Sequence record: OR567511.1
Origin: Enterobacter phage vB_Ent31
Strand: one strand, 5' to 3'
DNA length: 64,000 bases
Shown here: positions 8,882-18,354 of the stretch, piece by piece
Position numbering within the stretch: the stretch's first letter is position 1
How the letters are laid out: each line of letters opens with the position of its first letter
The notes under the pieces: generated by a model
Database searches by the model: none
What the model saw: only the letters and a program-made list of their open reading frames with translations
What the model was told of the DNA's origin: nothing
Program-made: the position numbers and the translations under genes

Positions 8882-8884
8882 GGT

Positions 8885-9337
8885 TTATGCACGTCCTGGA
8901 CGGGCGGTGCCGGACATCACATATCTGATTTTATTGGTAGGAACTACAGCATACTCACCCATGAACACAACGTTGGCTACGATTTGATCAGTATCTTCAT
9001 CACGATAAACCAGAGATACCCAAGCACCCATGCCGTTGATAGTCTTTCCGCTTGTGTTTTCCAATGCGCCATGCAAATCTACAGAAACTGGTTTGCCTTC
9101 GAACTTAGACTTTTCTTTAACAAGCGCAGTATCAATTGGCTCATTGACTTTAACGAAGCGATACTTAGCAGAAATCTTAAAACCACTTGAACCGAGAGTA
9201 GGACCTGCAACATTAATGATGTACTGACCGCGAGCTACGTTGTCAGAGACAATCCAACCGACCAGACCTTTGTTCTGACCACCAATAACTTTAACACTTT
9301 TACCAATCATTTTACTAGCCATCTTATCACCTTTCAT
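8885..9337 (-). CDS. Hypothetical protein (150 aa)
   Basis: ORF upstream of dexA. Could correspond to a T4 motB-region gene but has no recognisable motifs. Confidence 0.45.
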   Translation of the reverse strand: MKGDKMASKMIGKSVKVIGGQNKGLVGWIVSDNVARGQYIINVAGPTLGSSGFKISAKYRFVKVNEPIDTALVKEKSKFEGKPVSVDLHGALENTSGKTINGMGAWVSLVYRDEDTDQIVANVVFMGEYAVVPTNKIRYVMSGTARPGRA

Positions 9338-9376
9338 TTAAGAGAATTCAATTCTAACACATTAAGTTAAAGCAGA

Positions 9377-10066
9377 TTAACCGCGACCTTTTGGTAAAGA
9401 CAGAGGGTCAATTTCATCACCTTCTGGAGCATCTTCTAAACCAAGAGCATAGCGTTGAGCGTATTTTAACATCAAAATATCTTTAGCACAATCGTGAATA
9501 GAGTCATGCGCAATGAAACCGTCCAGGACACCCTTACGAAGAGGAGTTGTCGTCAAGTCACGAGTTAAAAGCAGAGATTCAATCGCTGTACGAATATCTC
9601 GCTGATTCCAGAACTTACAAGGCTCTAAGCCGAAAGTATCGATATCTTTTTCAGCAATACCTTTACGAGCTTCGCCTTCACGGAGAATATCCACAAGAAT
9701 TGGGAAGTCGAAAGATTGACCACGACACCAACCGAAAGATTTCCATGGGTCAACACCATTGTCTTTCAGGAATTGAAGCAGCTTGTACAGACCTTCAACA
9801 TGGTCAATATCTTCATCAGATGGAAGCAGGTTTTTACGAGCTTCTTCAGATTGAGATTTCCACCACTTCATAGTAGAAGCACCGAACAGACGAACACCTT
9901 GTTGTGCTTTAAGGTTGAACTTCAGTTTCATACCTCGCTGAACAAGTTCGTCAAATGTTTCAACTACTTCTGGGTTCGGGTCAAATACAACCGCGGCCAC
10001 ATCAATAACAGCAGAACGAGAGACGTTACCAAACGTCTCCCAGTCAATAATAAAATCTTTAATCAT
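9377..10066 (-). CDS. dexA: Exonuclease A (DEDDh 3'-5' exonuclease), 229 aa
   Basis: IIDWETFG (Exo I) and HDSIHDC (Exo III) motifs. Size and position match T4 DexA. Confidence 0.8.
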   Translation of the reverse strand: MIKDFIIDWETFGNVSRSAVIDVAAVVFDPNPEVVETFDELVQRGMKLKFNLKAQQGVRLFGASTMKWWKSQSEEARKNLLPSDEDIDHVEGLYKLLQFLKDNGVDPWKSFGWCRGQSFDFPILVDILREGEARKGIAEKDIDTFGLEPCKFWNQRDIRTAIESLLLTRDLTTTPLRKGVLDGFIAHDSIHDCAKDILMLKYAQRYALGLEDAPEGDEIDPLSLPKGRG

Positions 10067-10314
10067 GTCATTTCCTTAAATTCGCGGATATTACCTGCTA
10101 CAAATTCAGACAGAGTAATTTTTGGATAATATCCAGTATACCACGAAATAGCTTTAGCATCTCGGATAATATCGTTTAATTCCAACACAATCTGGCTACC
10201 TTTCATGTTGATTCCGCGCTCAGTTGTAGTAGATGGATTTGACACCATGTTATCTTTGACACCGGCTACAATAGCCTCTGCGTCTTCAACAGTAATTGTG
10301 TACATAAGCCTCAC
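10063..10314 (-). CDS. Hypothetical protein (83 aa), dexA.1 position
   Basis: ORF with ATGA-type overlaps to both neighbours. Confidence 0.45.
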   Translation of the reverse strand: MRLMYTITVEDAEAIVAGVKDNMVSNPSTTTERGINMKGSQIVLELNDIIRDAKAISWYTGYYPKITLSEFVAGNIREFKEMT

Positions 10315-11642
10315 ACATAATAAACATTTTTACGAGCACGAGTTGTGCCAACATAAAGCAGCTGTTGAGCTAATTCAGCATCAGCCATATGAATACATGG
10401 AGTGTAAACATAGCAGTTATCAACTGAAACGCCCTGTGCTTTGTGGAAGGTCGAGCATGGAAGTGCTTTCACCTTATGATAACGGCGCTTAGCAGCCCAG
10501 AAATCTTTCCAAGGTGCTTTACCACCTTTGTTCCAATTTTTGTAAGTATCAGCTGCTTTAGCCAAGAAGAACTGGAACTTGTTCTGTTCCTGTTCATCGG
10601 CAATTACTCGGATAGTTTCTCTGTAGTAATCGTCTTCTTCGCCGTAAGTTTCAAGTTCTAAATCCCAATGGCGAACCATGTATTCGCCTGGAACTCCTTT
10701 CGCCCCAATGAAATCTGAGGACTCTTTACATGAAAGAATACGAACATATTGACCATTATTGAAGATGACCTCAGAGAACTTCTTACCGTCATATTCTAAC
10801 TCTTTGATGAGTGGTTCCTGCATCACTACCACTTCACCAACGATAAATGGCTCTTCCGTCTGAAAAATTCGTCGACGAATAATAGAGTTCAATTTATCAA
10901 CAGATTTGTTGGTGAATGCTAACATTCGGTTCTCAAACATGTCTTCCATGGTTTTGACATTTTCAAAGTATGTCATCATGAAATCGCGTAGCGCAGTTTG
11001 AGAAGTAAAGCCATGAACACCTTCGCCATCTACGAGATGCTCATAAATCCACTCACCGTTACGAATGTCAGTAGCAACTTTAATTATCGGAGCATTACTT
11101 CGCATTACCTCAGTAAGATAAAGCTGCTCAAAATCTTTGTGAGTAAAGAACGGAGATAGAGCCGGAACAGTGCTTCCTGGTTCTACTGGACGAATCTGAG
11201 ATTTATCACCAATAGCAATAATCAGACACCAGCTTGGAATTGTTGCCATGATAATTTGGAAAAGCTTACGGTCATACATTGAAGCTTCGTCACAAATTAG
11301 AACTCGGCATTTAGCCATGTCCGGAACTTCACTTTGCTCGAAGAGCATGTTCTCTTCATAAGTGGTCGGGTTAATCTTAAGAATGCTATGAATAGTGTTA
11401 GCAGCCATACCCGCAAGCTTACTAAGTACTCGTTTAGCTCCGTGAGTAGGAGCAGCCAGCATTACACCCGATACTCCGGTTGAAATTAAATAATTGATGA
11501 TGAACTTTGTCATCGTGGTCTTACCTGTGCCGGCAGGACCATTAATAGTGATGTGACCACCACGACCAGCTTTAATACGTTCAACTACACGGTTGAACGT
11601 AGACTTCTGGCCTTCGTTGAGCATATCAAATGTAATATTCAA
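10311..11642 (-). CDS. dda: Dda SF1B DNA helicase (443 aa)
   Basis: Walker A GPAGTGKTT and a SF1B motif set. Synteny matches dexA-dda. Confidence 0.85.
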   Translation of the reverse strand: MNITFDMLNEGQKSTFNRVVERIKAGRGGHITINGPAGTGKTTMTKFIINYLISTGVSGVMLAAPTHGAKRVLSKLAGMAANTIHSILKINPTTYEENMLFEQSEVPDMAKCRVLICDEASMYDRKLFQIIMATIPSWCLIIAIGDKSQIRPVEPGSTVPALSPFFTHKDFEQLYLTEVMRSNAPIIKVATDIRNGEWIYEHLVDGEGVHGFTSQTALRDFMMTYFENVKTMEDMFENRMLAFTNKSVDKLNSIIRRRIFQTEEPFIVGEVVVMQEPLIKELEYDGKKFSEVIFNNGQYVRILSCKESSDFIGAKGVPGEYMVRHWDLELETYGEEDDYYRETIRVIADEQEQNKFQFFLAKAADTYKNWNKGGKAPWKDFWAAKRRYHKVKALPCSTFHKAQGVSVDNCYVYTPCIHMADAELAQQLLYVGTTRARKNVYYV

Positions 11643-11650
11643 AACTTCTC

Positions 11651-11968
11651 CTACGCGACTTTAACCTTTTTAACTTGCAATGTGTTAATCATTTGTTGAA
11701 CATTTCGGCGCTCTTGTTCAGTGAGCGGTATATGTTCAATAATATCACGTTTGAAGAAAAGCCATTTTGTTTCTTGGTACTCAATTTTACGTCCATACTT
11801 CATCAGATATTGAAGTTTTCCAAGTTGAGTTCCACAATAACGCTCAGCTGCATATTTACCTGTGAAGATAATACACATTCCAAGTGGGTCTTTATCCCAA
11901 GACTCATAGAACGGAATCTCAAATCCATCTTTATCTTTTGTAATCAGCGCGTAGCCATAGTGCATCAC
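11651..11968 (-). CDS. Hypothetical protein (105 aa), dda.1 position
   Basis: ORF only. Confidence 0.45.
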   Translation of the reverse strand: MMHYGYALITKDKDGFEIPFYESWDKDPLGMCIIFTGKYAAERYCGTQLGKLQYLMKYGRKIEYQETKWLFFKRDIIEHIPLTEQERRNVQQMINTLQVKKVKVA

Positions 11969-12717
11969 ATTTTACCTCGAATAAGTTGAAACATTGAAGC
12001 AGATAATGGGAGACCTTTATTCAGCTTAGCTTTATCAATAAAAGATAAGTTCTGGAAGCGAGTTAATCCCTTAATTACTATATCATAATTATGGACAGAA
12101 TTTTCTGCTTTTGTGGCCTTTTTACTTGTGGTTGCAGCTTTTGAAGCCAACTTATCAGTGTTCCCAGAGACTTTACGAAGACGCTTAAGTTCAGCTTTGC
12201 CGCCAGTGATACGAGCCTGTAAAGACTTTTTCACTTCCGCTGGAACGCCCTTTTGCTTCATATGTTGTTCACGCTTGGCGATATTGTTCAGAATAGCTAA
12301 GTACTGCTTGTGATACTTTTTGGCGATGCCGGCTAGCGGGTCTTCAGATTCTGGTTCTTGTTGGTCGACAATGACGTGACCGCCAGCATCTGCAGCGCGA
12401 ACAATACGAGAAGCTAACTCATCTCGTTTCTCAATCAGCTCCTCTAAGGAGAAGTTTCCACGGGCAGAATTGTACTTCTTCTTAACTGGGATGACATTAC
12501 CTGGAATATATCCTTTGTCGTTGTCAAAACGCTCAAGTGTCATCATGTCATCGTTAACGCCTTCACAGAATGGCTCGCCTGAGTAAGCACATACTTTCTG
12601 TTGAGCAATGTTAGCAAGATACGCCATAGTTAATCCAAAATCTTTTTGGCGTTTCGTAGCTGAAGCATAAGTGTTAACTAAACGAGTTGCAATGACAATT
12701 TCTAATGGCTTGGCCAT
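11965..12717 (-). CDS. Hypothetical 250-aa protein in the srd position (possible sigma-factor decoy Srd homologue)
   Basis: Size and position (dda - dda.1 - srd - mod) match T4 srd. I cannot verify the sequence match from memory. Confidence 0.4.
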   Translation of the reverse strand: MAKPLEIVIATRLVNTYASATKRQKDFGLTMAYLANIAQQKVCAYSGEPFCEGVNDDMMTLERFDNDKGYIPGNVIPVKKKYNSARGNFSLEELIEKRDELASRIVRAADAGGHVIVDQQEPESEDPLAGIAKKYHKQYLAILNNIAKREQHMKQKGVPAEVKKSLQARITGGKAELKRLRKVSGNTDKLASKAATTSKKATKAENSVHNYDIVIKGLTRFQNLSFIDKAKLNKGLPLSASMFQLIRGKM

Positions 12718-12770
12718 ATGATATCCTTATATGCTTTTGCGAAAGTAGCGGTATAATGGTTTCAAGGAGT

Positions 12771-12800
12771 ATTCTATAACATCTGATTCCGGTTGTAAAC
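12771..12800 (-). promoter_or_regulatory. Early promoter GTTTAC-N18-TAGAAT
   Basis: Minus-strand read: GTTTACAACCGGAATCAGATGTTATAGAAT, upstream of the srd-like gene. Confidence 0.5.
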
Positions 12801-12802
12801 GG

Positions 12803-13480
12803 TCAGAATGAAATAAGTTCTACATCATAGATTGTATGCATTCCACCTGGATTGAAATCCACATCCTCAATGCTAGTTACTCGGAACTTCGTTCCGATTG
12901 GCATCATCCATTCCTGTTCATCCTGGACCATGTTGATTTTATTCTTACGGTCAATTTTTGCTAAAGGGTCGTAAGGTGCTGCGCTGAACTCACAATTTGG
13001 AGCTGCGGCTAAAATCTTTAGCATATCTTCCTGATAGTTATAAGCTATCGTAGGGTTAGACCAGCGAATGACTGTCTTGGTCCCATAGCATCCAAAGCTA
13101 GCAAAACTTCTTGCTGTGTTAAAGTCGGTTGAAAAGCTTACAACTCTTTCAGATGTAAAAACCTCTCCAACTTCGACGTTTTGAAGAACATTGAGCATTC
13201 GTCTGTTGACACCACGATAAAGCATTTCAGGAGTAGCAGTTGTCATACGACGGCGGATAACTTTATCCAACCCACGATTAACCCAGTCTTCCACTTTATC
13301 GTTCAAACACTTCCATAGAACTGCTTGTTCTTCATCAGTGAACATCGAGTTAACTTCAGACTCGAGCATTTTACGCTCGACTTCCTCTGAGCCTTCCCAA
13401 TACTCATAGATTCCACCAGAAGGAACTGGTATTGATGGTGTGATTTCTACTTCAATGACAGGACTTTGAAATGATGCCAT
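12803..13480 (-). CDS. Mod/Alt-family ADP-ribosyltransferase (225 aa from Met-12 of the listed ORF)
   Basis: R-S-ExE triad: LYRGV, VVSFSTD, QDEQEWM. RBS GGAGG precedes ATG at 13480. The longer listed ORF start (13513) would run through the early promoter. Confidence 0.65.
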   Translation of the reverse strand: MASFQSPVIEVEITPSIPVPSGGIYEYWEGSEEVERKMLESEVNSMFTDEEQAVLWKCLNDKVEDWVNRGLDKVIRRRMTTATPEMLYRGVNRRMLNVLQNVEVGEVFTSERVVSFSTDFNTARSFASFGCYGTKTVIRWSNPTIAYNYQEDMLKILAAAPNCEFSAAPYDPLAKIDRKNKINMVQDEQEWMMPIGTKFRVTSIEDVDFNPGGMHTIYDVELISF

Positions 13481-13508
13481 GATAACCTCCGTTTGTTTTA
13501 CGGAAGCT

Positions 13509-13538
13509 ATCATAACACAGAAGAGAATGGATGTAAAC
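13509..13538 (-). promoter_or_regulatory. Early promoter GTTTAC-N18-TATGAT (TGt extended -10)
   Basis: Minus-strand read: GTTTACATCCATTCTCTTCTGTGTTATGAT, followed by GGAGG-N5-ATG of the mod-like gene. Confidence 0.6.
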
Positions 13539-13540
13539 GG

Positions 13541-13750
13541 TTATTTTGCCCAGGGAGCCCAAGGCGGAGGGTCTGCCCACAGTGAGGACAGTTCTTCACA
13601 TAAAGGTTTTGTGTAATCTACCCCATGCTTTTTGAAGATTAGTTCTAGCTCAGTAGCGATACTCTGGTCCACATTCGGACCAGATTTCATATCAGCCTCA
13701 ACATATCCTTCAGGAATGTCTTCTTCAAACATATCGAAAATGTTACTCAA
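13541..13750 (-). CDS. Hypothetical protein (69 aa)
   Basis: ORF with ATGA overlap to the upstream gene. Confidence 0.45.
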   Translation of the reverse strand: MSNIFDMFEEDIPEGYVEADMKSGPNVDQSIATELELIFKKHGVDYTKPLCEELSSLWADPPPWAPWAK

Positions 13751-14304
13751 CGCGGAAGTGCCTCCGTTTTAGGAACACCCAATAGATGCCAAATACCTCT
13801 ACGAAAAAGAATCATATCAAATTGGTCTGTGATTAACCAATTGTTAAAATTCATAGTTCCGTATTCATCAGTGTGCATCATATTTGGAATTTTCACAGTA
13901 TCGACACTTTTAACACCGAATTTAGGTTCTGGAATAATGTCAATCAGATTAGTTTGTGGAATTTTCCAGCCACCAAGCAAGAAACTTTCTTGAACATCAA
14001 ATGGAGAATTTTTAGTTTTCACATAAGTGTTGTATTCTTTGATGATAACATCAACACCTTCAGGCCAACCATTTTTCAATTCACTTGGGTCAACATTATC
14101 ACGACAACCAGTTCCATATTCTAAAAATGGATTATAGCAGATAGCTACCATGATTTCCCTTTTATGAAGAGGATGCCTTTTATCGGTGAACGATGGAAAA
14201 TCGCGAGAAACAAATTCCAACCCGAATGTAGTAATTTTGTATTGTTTATCAGTCACAGGTGAAGCCTCCGCCAGTGTCACAGGATGTATTTGAGGGACTA
14301 TCAA
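13747..14304 (-). CDS. Hypothetical protein (185 aa; alternative start at 14151 gives 134 aa)
   Basis: The first ATG lacks an RBS and overlaps the upstream ORF by 56 nt. An internal ATG at 14151 has RBS AAGGGAAATC. Confidence 0.45.
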   Translation of the reverse strand: MIVPQIHPVTLAEASPVTDKQYKITTFGLEFVSRDFPSFTDKRHPLHKREIMVAICYNPFLEYGTGCRDNVDPSELKNGWPEGVDVIIKEYNTYVKTKNSPFDVQESFLLGGWKIPQTNLIDIIPEPKFGVKSVDTVKIPNMMHTDEYGTMNFNNWLITDQFDMILFRRGIWHLLGVPKTEALPR

Positions 14305-14644
14305 TATATGATGTTGTATGTATCATTGGACTATCAGAATAAGATGCTCTGGATGAACTAGAGTGATTCTGGCGATTAACTGGAGTATGAGTTACGCGTC
14401 CAGTATAAGTCTGCCCATTTCGTTGAACTTTCTCTTTCTTCGTTATCACTTCTTCCATCATTCCGTCGCCCATGTAAATCCATTCACGTTGTTCATTTGC
14501 GCCTTCCTCATATGCAACGGCCATATCATTGGCTCCATACATATGTTGATTGATGCTTTCATCAAGTCGAGCTTCTTCAGCTTTGATTTGGGTATCTGAC
14601 CGAGGATTACCGAATAACCCTCTTACAAAATTCATAATCATCAA
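14249..14644 (-). CDS. Hypothetical protein (131 aa) with a Ser-rich low-complexity C-terminus
   Basis: Good RBS (GGAG-N7-ATG) and an ATGA overlap upstream. The C-terminal 40 aa look like out-of-frame read-through. Confidence 0.4.
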   Translation of the reverse strand: MMIMNFVRGLFGNPRSDTQIKAEEARLDESINQHMYGANDMAVAYEEGANEQREWIYMGDGMMEEVITKKEKVQRNGQTYTGRVTHTPVNRQNHSSSSRASYSDSPMIHTTSYIDSPSNTSCDTGGGFTCD

Positions 14645-14919
14645 TAACTCCAGTTCAAAAATTGAATGTTGAATACATTTCTTTTGTAAACGCCATCAAC
14701 TTTAACTAAATCATAATACAGAACTTCAATAGCACATTCAAGAGATGTTCCAACTTCTCTGTAAGCATGTAACTTGACATCAACAAAGAAATCGGTATTA
14801 GTTTCTCTTTCTATATACTTTAAGCGAACTAAATCGCTGATTCCACCACAATCGCCTACCGGTTTACGCCATGGAGTTGTTTTAACATTCATAGTATTTT
14901 CCTCATTTAGTGAAGTCAT
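14641..14919 (-). CDS. Hypothetical protein (92 aa)
   Basis: ORF downstream of the soc terminator. Confidence 0.45.
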   Translation of the reverse strand: MTSLNEENTMNVKTTPWRKPVGDCGGISDLVRLKYIERETNTDFFVDVKLHAYREVGTSLECAIEVLYYDLVKVDGVYKRNVFNIQFLNWSY

Positions 14920-14939
14920 TATACACTACTCTATAAAAG

Positions 14940-14975
14940 CAAAAAGGGACTCCTTCGGGAGTCCCTAAATTTTTA
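14940..14975. terminator. Bidirectional intrinsic terminator AGGGACUCC-UUCG-GGAGUCCCU flanked by A-run and U-run
   Basis: Perfect 9-bp stem with UUCG loop and AAAAA/TTTTT flanks, immediately after the soc stop. Confidence 0.7.
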
Positions 14976-15212
14976 GTCATCAGATGGCGCAGGCCCGTTG
15001 ACCAGTTCTTCGTTGAAAGCTACCCAAGCATCACGCTGGTTGTACTCAAACTTAGTAGAGAACAGAGCAGTTTCTGTGGTTGAGATGATGTACATTGTAC
15101 CAGCAATCTTGTGAACGTCAGAGTACAGTTTGAAATCTACTGAAACTTCTTTCGCTGGAATTGAAGTACCTTTGAATGTACGAGCTTTGGTCTTAATATT
15201 AACGTATGGCAT
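14973..15212 (-). CDS. soc: Small outer capsid protein Soc (79 aa)
   Basis: YVNIKT...VDFKLYSDVHKIAG matches T4 Soc (YVNIKT...VAFPLYSDVHKISG). AATAAATA late-promoter-like sequence upstream. Confidence 0.8.
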   Translation of the reverse strand: MPYVNIKTKARTFKGTSIPAKEVSVDFKLYSDVHKIAGTMYIISTTETALFSTKFEYNQRDAWVAFNEELVNGPAPSDD

Positions 15213-15240
15213 AATAGCTCCTTTGGTGAATAATACAATA

Positions 15241-15444
15241 TTATTTATTCACTAAGAACTTATCGGTAACACTGAAATAACCGCCGCCGCGTACGAGAAT
15301 TACCCAATCACCATCAATTAAAACAGCAGTGTATGCTTCAATCTCGTTAAATTTCCAATGAAGACGCAGGTCGTATGCATCTGAACCCTTATAAGGAGAG
15401 GCCGGACGTCCGGCCTTCTGCCATGCATAAAAATCAAATACCAT
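15241..15444 (-). CDS. Hypothetical protein (67 aa)
   Basis: ORF between soc and gene 56. Confidence 0.45.
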   Translation of the reverse strand: MVFDFYAWQKAGRPASPYKGSDAYDLRLHWKFNEIEAYTAVLIDGDWVILVRGGGYFSVTDKFLVNK

Positions 15445-15962
15445 TAATAACCTCTTTCTTGACGAGCAAAGTTCTCTGCATTTTTCAGGTAATACAGTTT
15501 GAATACTTCTTCTGCTGTCATGCCAAGAGCCATGATTTTATTCAGGAAGAAGTGAAGCTGGTCAATCAGTTCAAATTTGATTTCGAGCTGGTCTTCTGGA
15601 GAAAGGTCTTTAATTTTCTTGGCCTGCATTTCTACATGCTGAGCTTTCCAAGGTTTCCAGACAGCAGAAGCAGCTTTTTCACCATTGCTCATACCACCAA
15701 GTGCAGTGTACAACTCACGAGTTTCATCTGCGATATAGTCGTCTTGTGCACGTAACCAAGCCAGAACTTCACCAGCAGTTTCCAGAGAATCAGGATGACG
15801 GTTACTGAATGGTTTATCTTCAGCCAGTTTAACCTGCAGAGATTTTTGCATATCGAGCATTACTTGCAGAGGGTCCTGATGATTATCAATTACTGCATTA
15901 TACGCACCGTTTGCTTGGTCCGCGCCTTCAATTAGATGTGAGCATTCATTAAAATGAGCCAT
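15444..15962 (-). CDS. 56: dCTP pyrophosphatase gp56 (MazG-like), 172 aa
   Basis: MAHFNECSHLIEG...LQVMLDMQ...FKLYYLKNAENFARQERGY is near-identical in pattern to T4 gp56. Confidence 0.85.
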   Translation of the reverse strand: MAHFNECSHLIEGADQANGAYNAVIDNHQDPLQVMLDMQKSLQVKLAEDKPFSNRHPDSLETAGEVLAWLRAQDDYIADETRELYTALGGMSNGEKAASAVWKPWKAQHVEMQAKKIKDLSPEDQLEIKFELIDQLHFFLNKIMALGMTAEEVFKLYYLKNAENFARQERGY

Positions 15963-15992
15963 TGTGTTTTCCTTTTGTCAAATCAGAAATAA

Positions 15993-16017
15993 ATTATATC
16001 ATTAACTTTATTTAGCA
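15993..16017 (-). promoter_or_regulatory. Candidate MotA-dependent middle promoter: TGCTAAA-N12-TATAAT
   Basis: Minus-strand read: TTGCTAAATAAAGTTAATGATATAAT. A MotA-box-like element 12 bp from a sigma70 -10, upstream of gene 56. Confidence 0.45.
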
Positions 16018-16292
16018 ACGAATCCAAGGTTTTCAGACATTTTGCGGAATTTTTCCATCTTTTCAAATTTCTTCCAAACTTCTTCTCTGTCTTCTACGAA
16101 ATCAAAATCGGTGTGTACTCGCAAATTCAGAAGACAACCCATGATGTCATTTAATTCAGCAATCAATCTTGCGCGATTAGTTTTGCCTTCATATTCTGAA
16201 TCAATTCCGAATTGAATAATCTTAGAGCAAAGCATTGCGACTTCAGTACATTCTTCGCCTAACTTAAGAAAAGCATGTTGTTCTATGTTCAT
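16008..16292 (-). CDS. Small MazG-like nucleotide pyrophosphohydrolase (94 aa)
   Basis: KLGEECTEVAM ... AELNDIMGCLL, typical EExxE/D helices of all-alpha NTP-PPases. Confidence 0.5.
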   Translation of the reverse strand: MNIEQHAFLKLGEECTEVAMLCSKIIQFGIDSEYEGKTNRARLIAELNDIMGCLLNLRVHTDFDFVEDREEVWKKFEKMEKFRKMSENLGFVAK

Positions 16293-17314
16293 ATTTTAGC
16301 ATACCGAGTAAATCTCATCTTAGCCATTAAGCCTGATTCGATATTGTTGTTGATGTAATCCATGATTTGTTCAGGTGTAGCACCTTCTTTCATAATCATG
16401 TCATTCACGTCTTTTGAAGACCAAGGTGACTTATCCCAAAAGACAACTCTTTCTCCAGCGTCAATAAGCTTCTTCATGCGCTTTATTGTATCTGGATGAC
16501 GAGGTTCATGGTCCATAATCCAAGCACGATTACCTTCATATGGAACCATACTCAGCTCAATAGAACCACCAGTAATTGCGATAGCATTGTTGATGAACAA
16601 ACTATCCAATGGGCCTTCCATAACAAACACGAGCTTATTAGGGTCTACTGTATCTTGACCATAAATTTTCGTAGCAAGCTCATGAGCTTTAATTGTCATG
16701 TATTTTTGGGGAGCGTCTTTTGAGAGGGCTCGCCCTTGGAAGGATTCAATTTTGCCTTTTTCATTAAAGATTGGAATAACCAAGCGCGGTTCATTTTTCT
16801 CATGCGAGTATGTACCTTCGTTTACTGAGTTAACGAGAGCCGGCCATTGAGTAGTAAACCACAGTCGGTTCCATTTATCTTTAGGAATTTTACGTCCTGC
16901 GACGTATTTGCATATTGGATGAGCCGGTGAAAGTCTATCTAATCGCTCACAATAATCAAGCTTTTGAATGAATTTCTTTTCAACCGGAGGAAGTTTAACT
17001 TCTTTCTTAGGAGCTGAACGAGATTGACCTTGTTCTTTACGAACTTCAAGAATGTACTCTCGATATAAGTCCGGCTCATTTTCTCGCAAATATTTAGCTA
17101 ATCCTAAGTGTGCATCACAGTTATAGCAATGGACTACAATTCCGCCAGTTGGTTGTTCGTATGCCCATCCGCGAGCTTTGAATTGGTCTTTTTGGGAGTC
17201 ACCACAAATTGGGCAACGAAAATTCAATTTAAAACGATGACCATTTGTTACTTGTTTGAATCTTGGAAGGTGTGAAAATGCGCGGTACGCAAACTCGTTA
17301 TCAACCCAACTCAC
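16289..17314 (-). CDS. 61: DNA primase gp61 (zinc ribbon plus TOPRIM), 341 aa
   Basis: CPICGDS...HCYNC zinc ribbon and a TOPRIM region. Synteny 56-61-41 matches T4. Confidence 0.85.
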   Translation of the reverse strand: MSWVDNEFAYRAFSHLPRFKQVTNGHRFKLNFRCPICGDSQKDQFKARGWAYEQPTGGIVVHCYNCDAHLGLAKYLRENEPDLYREYILEVRKEQGQSRSAPKKEVKLPPVEKKFIQKLDYCERLDRLSPAHPICKYVAGRKIPKDKWNRLWFTTQWPALVNSVNEGTYSHEKNEPRLVIPIFNEKGKIESFQGRALSKDAPQKYMTIKAHELATKIYGQDTVDPNKLVFVMEGPLDSLFINNAIAITGGSIELSMVPYEGNRAWIMDHEPRHPDTIKRMKKLIDAGERVVFWDKSPWSSKDVNDMIMKEGATPEQIMDYINNNIESGLMAKMRFTRYAKI

Positions 17315-17353
17315 TATATTCTCCTTAGTGGCCTTATTTCTAAGGCCATTATA

Positions 17354-17818
17354 TCACAGTTTATTGAGATTTACTTTGATGCGCTTACGTTTCTTTGGTA
17401 GGGTCTCAGGACCTTTATTGACAATTGCTCCGGTTGTGGTACCAGAGGCGATATTCTGGACACTTCCACCGGAATCTCCGGCTACCATGTCCTCGAACAA
17501 GGGAAGAGCCTCAAATATCTCTTTTTGTTCGGATTCAGTGATATTGTAACGTGAAGCTACTGCTGACCATGCACTCATCATGGATGCTACTCCATTGAGT
17601 CCTGGAACAGTTGTTAACATTCTTTTGATTGAACGCACAGATGCGTGGAAAGCGGTATAAGATGCTTTCTCTTCAGGAGTAGTAGGTCGCTTCAGAACCG
17701 TACCCTTTTCATCGATTATCTTGGCTTCATATGCTTTCCATTCAGTAAATGGTTTTTGCATCAGCCTAATAAACTTATACGCATAGACGGCGTCAATACC
17801 GCTTTTAATAGTTGACAT
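17354..17818 (-). CDS. Hypothetical protein (154 aa), 61.1 position
   Basis: ORF with a C-terminal KKRKR basic patch. Confidence 0.45.
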   Translation of the reverse strand: MSTIKSGIDAVYAYKFIRLMQKPFTEWKAYEAKIIDEKGTVLKRPTTPEEKASYTAFHASVRSIKRMLTTVPGLNGVASMMSAWSAVASRYNITESEQKEIFEALPLFEDMVAGDSGGSVQNIASGTTTGAIVNKGPETLPKKRKRIKVNLNKL

Positions 17819-17833
17819 AGTCTCCTCTTCTAT

Positions 17834-18034
17834 TTATCGTTTAACACAGACGAATTTAGCAGAGGTTGAAAAATCGCGAGCAGATGTGCGCCACTCTTCA
17901 CCAGCTTGGTTACACAGTTCTTCGGCAGTTGGCCCAGTTTGCGTCGGTTTAAACTCAATTTGATTCATAGCAACTCCGCCGTGTTCACTAATTAGAGTCA
18001 TGATTAAAATGAATGTGCTCATCGTTTCATCCAC
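17834..18034 (-). CDS. Hypothetical protein (66 aa)
   Basis: ORF only. Confidence 0.35.
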   Translation of the reverse strand: MDETMSTFILIMTLISEHGGVAMNQIEFKPTQTGPTAEELCNQAGEEWRTSARDFSTSAKFVCVKR

Positions 18035-18354
18035 GCGTTAAAAATTTCATCATCACTACCGGTATAGTTCAGTTGCTCTTCAAATGATTCGCAATCGACA
18101 TGGATTACTTCAATTCCTTCCCAGAGCAAATCATCATCAATGCCGGATTCCCAGGCAGAATCTTTGGCTAATTTTTCAATCAGCTGCTTTGTCAAAAGTT
18201 GACCTTCATGAACAAAGCTTGAACCAAATGATAAATCTACTTTAAATACTCTTTTAAAGATATCATAATGAACTGAACCGCATTCACATCCGCATTCATC
18301 GATGAAACTAATTAACCCTTGGTGTTCATTGCAAATAGCTTTCATTTTATACAT
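18019..18354 (-). CDS. Hypothetical Cys-rich protein (111 aa)
   Basis: ORF with CNEH...CGCEC cysteines. Confidence 0.45.
   Translation of the reverse strand: MYKMKAICNEHQGLISFIDECGCECGSVHYDIFKRVFKVDLSFGSSFVHEGQLLTKQLIEKLAKDSAWESGIDDDLLWEGIEVIHVDCESFEEQLNYTGSDDEIFNAWMKR

Noticed and set aside
9547-10129. Plus-strand ORFs 9547..9873 and 9716..10129 opposite dexA
   Set aside because: Antisense shadows with no promoter or RBS context.
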